The notes under the pieces are model-generated. The model did not search any database. It saw only the letters and a program-made list of their open reading frames with translations, and had not been told where the DNA came from. From assembly GCA_048885865.1 (NCBI GenBank), contig JBHLLF010000075.1, forward strand, positions 1 through 10,600: a stretch of DNA of 10,600 nt. Direction: 5' to 3'. Below, one piece after another: positions 1 through 6,028 of this stretch. This DNA comes from Candidatus Hermodarchaeota archaeon. GTDB taxonomy: Archaea; Asgardarchaeota; Thorarchaeia; Thorarchaeales; Thorarchaeaceae. Position 1 is the stretch's first letter, and each line of letters begins with the position of its first letter. Made by a program: the position numbers and the translations under genes.

Positions 1-1742
1 CCATAGTATCGATTCAATGGTGCGATAGATGGGTGGAGTCTTGATGAGGGAATCACCATCCACTTGAATATCCCCTTAAGGGACATCTTGATGTTGGTTT
101 CTTCTGTGACACGTCTACAAAACTCCTGAAGTGTGTCATAGTCAGGCCTGCCTCTGGATCTGAGCCACACTGAGTCAACAATACCATGTATCAGTTCAAG
201 ACCCATTTTCTCTCCGATATCTTGCGTCTGCAGAAGTACATCTCGTGCCAGTCCAGTGACTGCCGTGTGTGCCTCTACTCTTCCAAATCTGGCGTTCTTG
301 AAGCCCAAGTATCCAAAGCATGATACCAGTATACCCTTGAGTGTGTTCTGCATCCGTTCGTATTTCTTTGCGTCATACCCTCGTTCTATCAGTTGCGTAA
401 AGGCCTCACGTTTCTCCAACACCAGTTCCAGTGACCGAGCCACAATCCCCCTCTTTCGTTGACAGATACGGATTGGCACCTCGGGGACCTCGACGCAATG
501 CTCAGGACAGTCAGGACAGGCTTCAACTGTACAGATGGTCTCTGGACTTATGTTCCGTGTCACCATCAGTGTGGGATACATCGACGAGAAGTCACACTCT
601 GCAATGTTCTCATAGATGTCTGGCTTTGGTTGAAGAATGAGGCCTCCTCTATCAATGGAAGCGAGGTCGGTTACAGTCTTCAGGAACTCCGGGTTCTTCT
701 TCACTGGTGGTATCAGAATTCCCATCTTGTAGGCATTGTAGTACTGGACAGCCGCATTGATTGTGCCAATCGACATTCGTGATGCTCTCTGTGGCCTTGC
801 ATATGCGAGCCTACACCCCTCCATCACACCCTCAAGGCCTGTGGGCGAGTAGTAGAAGCTCTGCATCCTGTCAATGTGGATTCTGCCATTGAACATGACC
901 ATGTTGCCTGCTCTGAAGAAGACCTGATTGTACACCCAGAACGACTTTGCATCTTTCTGTTTGACATCCAAGACTGACCCGTCCCGTGACATCACAAGCT
1001 GTACACCATTCAGCTTTGCTCGTAGCGTCAGGTATCTGAACAGAGTTGCATCCCCATCCCTAGTGACTATCACATCCGGATCAATTCCGTCAATGGTCCT
1101 CTGAAACTCCTCCAGAATCTCTCTCTCGCTCTCACCCTCAATTCGAATTGTCAGTCCCTTGTGATATACGTCAATGTGGTGAATCTTGTCCTCCAGTCTG
1201 GGAAATATCCGTCTGGCATCAACAAACACCTCAAAGCCTATCTCCTCAAGGTCTGGCATGTCATAATCAGTGTCTTCTCGTCTGTCGACACATCGTATCG
1301 CAGTGACAGTGTTTTCCTTCGACTCGAAGACAACCTTGCCAAATGGGAAGATGTCGTCGTGGATGAAGAACTGATGCACAGGGTCGATATCTCCGTGAAA
1401 CACAGTGACTCCAGGAAGCTGTTCCAAATCTCCTGCCACTTCTCTGTGGGCGTCTGGTGTAGTGAAGACCTCCAATACACGACTCATCTCTTGTTCATAG
1501 ACGCTGACACGCTTCTGAGTGAATCTTGTCTTCGTCACCTTGGGATGCGCACGGGCAGCCTTGAGGATGTCATCAAAACTCCAGTCCAGTCCTTTCTTCT
1601 TCTCACGACTGACAAAGACTGAGGGGTGGAACTCTCTGTATACATATCCACGGGTCTTTCCACTGGTCTTGATCCACAGCGTCAGTGCCTGATTCTCGTA
1701 GTCGACGGTGGCATCAAGGAGCCATCCGACTTGCTTCATCAT
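1..1742 (-). CDS. polB2: Family B DNA polymerase, archaeal PolB2 (Dpo2-like) group; 3'-truncated by the window edge
   Basis: Manual minus-strand translation from ATG 1742 (alternative ATG 1739) is open to base 1 (580 codons): MMKQVGWLLDATVDY...DRGGLILQPKPDIYENIAECDFSSMYPTLMVTRNISPET...QNTLKGILVSCFGYLGFKNARFGRVEAH...LIHGIVDSVW...PLNRYY. Motif A DFSSMYP is at 593-573, motif B is KGILVSCFGYLG, and motif C is HGIVDS at 188-171 instead of YGDTDS, typical of PolB2. Exonuclease motifs are degenerate. Not in the ORF track because the stop lies outside the window. Confidence 0.93.
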   Translation of the reverse strand, partial: MMKQVGWLLDATVDYENQALTLWIKTSGKTRGYVYREFHPSVFVSREKKKGLDWSFDDILKAARAHPKVTKTRFTQKRVSVYEQEMSRVLEVFTTPDAHREVAGDLEQLPGVTVFHGDIDPVHQFFIHDDIFPFGKVVFESKENTVTAIRCVDRREDTDYDMPDLEEIGFEVFVDARRIFPRLEDKIHHIDVYHKGLTIRIEGESEREILEEFQRTIDGIDPDVIVTRDGDATLFRYLTLRAKLNGVQLVMSRDGSVLDVKQKDAKSFWVYNQVFFRAGNMVMFNGRIHIDRMQSFYYSPTGLEGVMEGCRLAYARPQRASRMSIGTINAAVQYYNAYKMGILIPPVKKNPEFLKTVTDLASIDRGGLILQPKPDIYENIAECDFSSMYPTLMVTRNISPETICTVEACPDCPEHCVEVPEVPIRICQRKRGIVARSLELVLEKREAFTQLIERGYDAKKYERMQNTLKGILVSCFGYLGFKNARFGRVEAHTAVTGLARDVLLQTQDIGEKMGLELIHGIVDSVWLRSRGRPDYDTLQEFCRRVTEETNIKMSLKGIFKWMVIPSSRLHPSIAPLNRYY

Positions 1743-2008
1743 GCATCCTTCTCTAACTCAGCGACCTTCTGGCGGAGACCATCAATCTCGCTTCGCATAT
1801 TGAGAAACATGGACACAAAGGCGACCTCTAGTACGCGTGGTGTCACTATCATAGTTCCAGCGTCGGCATACTCTCGGGCACTGTCAAAGATGTGATCAAG
1901 TGCTTCTCGTTCCTGTGGCGTTAACACCCTTCGGAATCCCTTCCACTTGGACTCCTCTATGTTTATGCTTTGGCGAAAAGTTCTAGCAGTTCTACCTATA
2001 ACAATCAT
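1739..2008 (-). CDS. Small helical PolB2-associated protein (arCOG07300-like)
   Basis: GRTARTFRQSINIEESKWKGFRRVLTPQEREALDHIFDSAREYADAG...P...SMFL fits the GRT..FR...W..FRR.L....R..FD....A pattern of the small protein encoded in archaeal PolB2 operons (recalled family pattern). Its stop overlaps the polB2 start (ATGA at 1742-1739), indicating translational coupling. Confidence 0.85.
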   Translation of the reverse strand: MIVIGRTARTFRQSINIEESKWKGFRRVLTPQEREALDHIFDSAREYADAGTMIVTPRVLEVAFVSMFLNMRSEIDGLRQKVAELEKDA

Positions 2009-2053
2009 CTCCTATCAGACGGCATGCGGCGTATAGTCTTGCAGCAGGGGTAT

Positions 2054-2144
2054 GAACCCCTGTGATTGTGGGTCTTGTGGAGTGTCTTAGTTCATTGGAT
2101 GGGAAACATACGTGGGGGACTGATTTCCGAAAGTAAACCCAAAG
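2054..2144 (-). repeat. Copy 1 of a diverged ~90 bp duplicated upstream element (putative regulatory region of the arCOG07300-polB2 operon)
   Basis: Aligns ungapped (offset +2067) to 4121-4211 with 58/91 identities by hand count. Core GGGGGACTGATTTCCGAAAGTAAA (2114-2137) vs GGGGGAGTGATTTGCGAAAGCAAA (4181-4204) is 21/24. Second block GAACCCCTGTGATTGTGG vs GAACCCCACTCATTGTGG is 15/18. Confidence 0.8.
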
Positions 2145-2202
2145 TGATCCCCCTAAGGTTTAGTCCACTGCTGTTCTAGAGGCGTCTATTCCTAGTCCGA
2201 TA

Positions 2203-2559
2203 TTACTTCTCTTCTTCCTCCGTCTCCTCTTCCTTCGCTTCTGGTTTTGGTAACACACCGTAAATATGGTCTTCAATCAGCTCTTTATCCCTCTCACCGA
2301 ATAGTAGACTCAGAAATCTATCGAAGTCTCTTTGGCTCATCGATATCCCTTCACCACGTATTTTCGGATCTTTCCCTTCGTCAAAGAAGACAAAAGAAGG
2401 TGGTAATTCGATATAATCGTCCGATTTCCGTGTGTGTCCTAGCATGAAGATATGTTTCGATCCTATCCGAAGTCCCACGATGTATTCAAGTTCTTCTTTC
2501 TCACAGAAATCGGAATCAAGAATCTCCCACTCAATTTCACCCTGATTATCTAAATCCAA
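2203..2559 (-). CDS. Acidic hypothetical protein, possible PC4/whirly-like fold; coupled to the upstream EEP nuclease
   Basis: ORF 2203..2568 starts 2 nt after the nuclease stop. A better start is TTG at 2559, preceded by the SD GAGGTGA with a 5 nt spacer. The 121 aa version has 33 D/E vs 16 K/R. Beta-rich segments are followed by GEGISMSQRDFDRFLSLL. Confidence 0.7.
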   Translation of the reverse strand: MDLDNQGEIEWEILDSDFCEKEELEYIVGLRIGSKHIFMLGHTRKSDDYIELPPSFVFFDEGKDPKIRGEGISMSQRDFDRFLSLLFGERDKELIEDHIYGVLPKPEAKEEETEEEEK

Positions 2560-2569
2560 ACTCCTCACC

Positions 2570-4000
2570 TCAACCTACTCTTGCCCTCAAAAAAGGCCAC
2601 TCGTTCAATTCTCTGATGGCCTTCTTTAGATCCTTTAGTTCAATCGATTTCCTTTCTTCATCTTCTGCCCTAACTACCTCAATGGTCTTGTTTGCAAGGT
2701 CAACGGCCTTTGTACGAGGCACATTCTGGTTTGTTTCCGATTTCTTCAACAGGTCTCGGAATTTTTCGACGACAACTTTCCTAAACAATAACTCCGAGAA
2801 CCACTTCTCTGCTTCGTCTTTGATTGCGAAACCTTTAGCCGCTATTTCATTCAGATAAACAACAAATGCATTGTCCAATTCCGTAATCAATAGTACAGTA
2901 CGCCTTCTAAGCTCTGCCGCTTCCTTCTCTTTCTTTTTCATCTCCTTCTTCTGTTCTCGAGTAAGAGGTGGAAATGTTGGAAGCTCCTCATATCCCACTG
3001 GGTCAATCTCAAACTCTGCCCACAGAGGGAAATGGTCTGATATCTTCAGTTTAAGTTGGTCATTAGGCAGGTCGGCAAAGATTAATCCTCGAAAGTCAAA
3101 GTTACCACCTTTCAGAAATCTGAGGGAGAGGGCCGGCTTTTCGTCATCTCCCTTGAACCATGCTATTTGATCGTAGAAGGTTCGTGAGAGAGCATCCGGG
3201 TCGTCCGCAATCGTTCGCGGCAGATTCTGAAAGTGCTCATGTATATCAAGTCCACTATCAACAAATGCATCATAGAGGACATCGCCCTCCCTATCAATGT
3301 TGAAGTCTCCCAGCGCAATGAGATTATGCTCCCAGGAATTCATATCTTTAGCCCATTCACCTATCCAATTTGCGATTGCCTGAATCTCTCTAGTTCGTTC
3401 TGGCCGAGGTTCGAACTTCATATGCACTGTGACCAAAACAAATGTGTTATTCTTCGCCTTGAATCCAACAGCATAGGGAGTCCTTGCGAACTGCTGAGTC
3501 ATAATCCTGCGCTTCCCTACATCATCTTTTTCAGGAACATCAGCTTTCCTTAGCTCTTCATCAGGAATCACTAGCTCTCCAGCCAGACCTGAGAGGTTCA
3601 CCTTTCTTGTGTCAAAGACAAAGGCAAGGCGTTCATTGTTCCCTCGACGACCTTTCGTTTCATCAGTCATCAATAGACCCCAATGAGGTCCAAGTGCTCT
3701 GAGCATCCTACGTATGCACCTTATATTGCTCGAGACCTCTTGTATAGCCACAACATCGAATCGCGAAACAATCTCTGTGATGTGAAGCAATGCTCTTAGG
3801 TCACGAACGGCGTCATCGTCCTCCAATTCATCCCACTTCTCAGTCAAATCGCCAAAGTGGGCGATATTCCATGTTGCAATAATCAGATTGTCATCAACAG
3901 TCTTTGAAGGAATGACTCTATCAAGTTCCGCTCTCAGTGCCATATGTTCCCGTATGACATGTTCTGGTGCGTCCTCAAGATCAGTAATACTGGGTGTCAT
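2570..4000 (-). CDS. Endonuclease/exonuclease/phosphatase (EEP, DNase I-like) nuclease with a C-terminal putative histone-fold domain
   Basis: Intact EEP catalytic motifs: ATWNI (N45), AIQEV (E88), VTVH (H193), LGDFN (D232/N234), YDQI (D277), SDHFPLWAEF (D322/H323). After the EEP end (~res 332) come a charged linker and a ~105 aa helical domain containing RKSIELKD...AI...WPFL. SD-like GGGAG lies upstream of the ATG. Confidence 0.9.
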   Translation of the reverse strand: MTPSITDLEDAPEHVIREHMALRAELDRVIPSKTVDDNLIIATWNIAHFGDLTEKWDELEDDDAVRDLRALLHITEIVSRFDVVAIQEVSSNIRCIRRMLRALGPHWGLLMTDETKGRRGNNERLAFVFDTRKVNLSGLAGELVIPDEELRKADVPEKDDVGKRRIMTQQFARTPYAVGFKAKNNTFVLVTVHMKFEPRPERTREIQAIANWIGEWAKDMNSWEHNLIALGDFNIDREGDVLYDAFVDSGLDIHEHFQNLPRTIADDPDALSRTFYDQIAWFKGDDEKPALSLRFLKGGNFDFRGLIFADLPNDQLKLKISDHFPLWAEFEIDPVGYEELPTFPPLTREQKKEMKKKEKEAAELRRRTVLLITELDNAFVVYLNEIAAKGFAIKDEAEKWFSELLFRKVVVEKFRDLLKKSETNQNVPRTKAVDLANKTIEVVRAEDEERKSIELKDLKKAIRELNEWPFLRARVG

Positions 4001-4120
4001 TTATTCTCCCTACACGCGATTGAAGTTGAACTATATCTAACACAGAGGTTTGATTTAACGCTATTGTAAGGAATCTGAGTTGTGATGGGCGGTGTCTTGG
4101 CTAGTCAGGCCAGATTGTTA

Positions 4121-4211
4121 GAACCCCACTCATTGTGGTCTTTACGGGTAGTCCAAGTCCTCTCAGAGAGACTCCGCCGAGGGGGAGTGATTTGCGAAAG
4201 CAAAGACACAG
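4121..4211 (-). repeat. Copy 2 of the diverged duplicated upstream element (upstream of the EEP nuclease gene)
   Basis: See copy 1. Same orientation; core at 4181-4204. Confidence 0.8.
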
Positions 4212-4294
4212 CAAATTACATGCCATGTCGTAACAAATAACAGCAAGCATCACTCTATGTTCCGTGAACGAAATTGCCTTCCCAAGCCAGGTCC

Positions 4295-4942
4295 ATGATT
4301 CGAATCCGAAGATCTAATGGATTTAAAATACTGGCTGTCCTGCTTTCCTCTTCAGTTCTGATTTCTGCAACAATGGCATCTCTTCCTATTACTGCATACG
4401 ATCTTCCACCGCAGATTCTGTTCGAAGGATTTCTCCAAGAAGGTAAGTTCTTGAACTATGATTTATGGCTTGGTGCGGGTGTCTGGGTTGTTTTAGAGAT
4501 ATTCATTGAATTCAAAGCGAGAATAAGGGTCGAAACCTGGATTGAGAGTGACAGGTTCATATACATTCAGAGCGATCAATCCAGCTACCATGGATTGTTA
4601 ACTCTAAGGGAATCCTCTCTGGGACAGTCCGCTGTTATCCTAATCACTCCTAGGCATGATACCATTGTCCGCGTAGAAATCATTGATTCTTCCTATACAG
4701 TTACCAACAACATAGCTGTTCTTTCCATCCACCCTTGGTTCTTGCTTGTATCATTCATAGCCTTGTCTGTAGACGGATATGTGGTATCTGGTTGGTTGAG
4801 AACCACCACTAAACGGAAGAGAGAACGAGAAACGCTTTTGAAGAGGAATCTCTCTAATGATGAGATTGTCATTCCTAGGGATTACATCTTCCTCTCAAAG
4901 GTCAGAAGCCTACTCACAAAACAAGATGAGTCTGATTTCTAA
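4295..4942 (+). CDS. Hypothetical membrane protein (N-terminal signal/TM helix, extracellular beta-rich domain, second TM helix, basic cytoplasmic tail)
   Basis: ORF 4274..4942 begins with TTG; ATG at 4295 is the likelier start. A basic n-region RIRRSNGFK precedes hydrophobic ILAVLLSSSVLISATMA. A second hydrophobic segment PWFLLVSFIALSVDGYVVSGWL is followed by RTTTKRKRER. Confidence 0.6.
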   Translation: MIRIRRSNGFKILAVLLSSSVLISATMASLPITAYDLPPQILFEGFLQEGKFLNYDLWLGAGVWVVLEIFIEFKARIRVETWIESDRFIYIQSDQSSYHGLLTLRESSLGQSAVILITPRHDTIVRVEIIDSSYTVTNNIAVLSIHPWFLLVSFIALSVDGYVVSGWLRTTTKRKRERETLLKRNLSNDEIVIPRDYIFLSKVRSLLTKQDESDF

Positions 4943-4966
4943 CAACTACGCCAAAGCCTCGTACGC

Positions 4967-4981
4967 GGCAAAGCTTATGAA
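4967..4981 (+). promoter_or_regulatory. Putative archaeal BRE/TATA promoter for the 5015 gene
   Basis: GGCAAAG-C-TTATGAA: purine-rich BRE followed by a TTAWRAA-like box, ~35-40 nt upstream of the GTG start. Confidence 0.45.
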
Positions 4982-5014
4982 CATCAATCTAAGAGCTCTA
5001 CTTGGTCGTAGAAA

Positions 5015-5935
5015 GTGCATCGTTGTTTAGCATTAGCATTGGTCCTCGGATTGCTGCTGATTTTCCCCTCGGGAGGTTCCCTTCCTCATTTGGTGCAGTC
5101 GCAAAGTGAGGTGCATAACACGGCAGAGGTCGAGCTCTCAATTGAACTCACATGGTTCACTGATAGTGAGGTGGAGGGGCTCGCAACCGATGGGGAGTAT
5201 TTTTACATCAGCACCGCAGAAACTGTGTTCGGCAACGGGGATGCGTGGCTATACAAACTCTTCCCCAACGGAACTTATATTGATGAAGTGCTTGTGCGCG
5301 ACGGCACGCTCAATCACTGTGGAGGGATGATCTTCTATGATGGACTTCTTTGGCTTCCCCTTTCAGAAAGAGGGCTTGTCCCCAACAATCCTTCCAAGAT
5401 TGTCCGATATGATACCGATTTACTATTCATTGATGAATGGATTAACAGCAGCTCCATTGACAATGCGCATTGGGGCGGAATATGCATCCTTCCTCTACTA
5501 GAGAGAGTCTATATCGGAAACTACGGGACCAGCAACCTCTATGTGTATGACTTTGACAGGAATCGCCTGAATGATATTAGACCTCCACCTTCGGAAAACA
5601 TCCAGGATTACGTTGAGGTGAATGGAGTCATTTATTGCTCTAAGCCTGGAGCATCCTCGGATGCAATTCATGTCTGGGAATCAGCTGATTCCTATGGGGA
5701 CTCTCTACGATCAATTGGTGTTATGGAGACCGATGGAGCTGGTAGCGGTCTAACCTGGTTTGACGGTGCATTTTGGACATGCGAAGGTTCAGGTGCAGCT
5801 ACTCTGTATAAGCTCGGCGGTTCAGTATCAACATTTACAAGTGCCAATGGAAATGGTTTACTACTTGTTACTGCTCTCGTTTCCATAATATGCTTGGCAT
5901 TGGGAATTGCAATCTATTCCAAGATTCGCAAATGA
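5015..5935 (+). CDS. Secreted, C-terminally membrane-anchored beta-propeller protein (DUF6454 / glutaminyl-cyclase-like propeller)
   Basis: Signal peptide (MHRCLALALVLGLLLIFP) and repeated blade motifs: EGLATDGEYFYIS, HCGGMIFYDGLLWLP, HWGGICI, IQDYVEVNGVIYCS, GSGLTWFDGAFWT. C-terminal TM LLLVTALVSIICLALGIAIY is followed by SKIRK. The HxGG...PN...HxGG...QD pattern recalls DUF6454 (from memory). Confidence 0.7.
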   Translation: MHRCLALALVLGLLLIFPSGGSLPHLVQSQSEVHNTAEVELSIELTWFTDSEVEGLATDGEYFYISTAETVFGNGDAWLYKLFPNGTYIDEVLVRDGTLNHCGGMIFYDGLLWLPLSERGLVPNNPSKIVRYDTDLLFIDEWINSSSIDNAHWGGICILPLLERVYIGNYGTSNLYVYDFDRNRLNDIRPPPSENIQDYVEVNGVIYCSKPGASSDAIHVWESADSYGDSLRSIGVMETDGAGSGLTWFDGAFWTCEGSGAATLYKLGGSVSTFTSANGNGLLLVTALVSIICLALGIAIYSKIRK

Positions 5936-5971
5936 CTCGTCGATAAAGATGCTTTCTCCATGTCTTTGCGC

Positions 5972-6006
5972 TCAGAGGAATCTGACTCTACTATTTGATG
6001 AGTAGA
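5972..6006. terminator. Two short hairpins between convergent genes (possible terminator/3' stability element)
   Basis: TCAGA-GGAA-TCTGA (5972-5985) and TCTACT-N8-AGTAGA (5987-6006), lying between the convergent stops at 5935 and 6029. Confidence 0.3.
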
Positions 6007-6028
6007 TAAAGAATACGCCCACTCGCTA

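Noticed and set aside
811-822. Suspected frameshift in polB2 at a G-run (ATGGAGGGGTGTAGG on the minus strand)
   Set aside because: Re-reading gives ATG GAG GGG TGT AGG (MEGCR); the frame is continuous from 1742 to base 3.
1118-1127. (TC)5 microsatellite in polB2 as a phase-variation tract
   Set aside because: Short and in frame; explained by Glu/Arg codons (ESERE).
256-1895. Plus-strand ORFs 256..462, 431..640, 459..782, 1161..1622, 1626..1895 and minus-strand ORF 1238..1480
   Set aside because: Antisense or alternate-frame shadows of the polB2 and arCOG07300-like genes; no recognisable motifs.
2040-2110. tRNA remnant/att site suggested by GGGGTTCATACCCC (T-arm-like) on the minus strand
   Set aside because: The stem-loop geometry does not fit a 5 bp/7 nt T-arm, and I can find no acceptor, D or anticodon arms.
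2114-2137. Origin recognition box (ORB) / replication origin
   Set aside because: The G-string has the wrong polarity relative to the TTTC/GAAA dyad compared with canonical ORBs; there is no AT-rich unwinding element and no cdc6 in the window.
2114-4204. CRISPR array, DGR template/variable repeat pair, or IS ends
   Set aside because: Only two copies 2 kb apart, both non-coding and in direct orientation; mismatches are not adenine-specific; no cas, reverse transcriptase or transposase gene in the window.
4069-5985. AGGAATCTGA repeated at 4069-4078 and 5976-5985 as a target-site duplication
   Set aside because: Exact 10-mer repeats are expected many times by chance in 10.6 kb, and there is no supporting flanking similarity.
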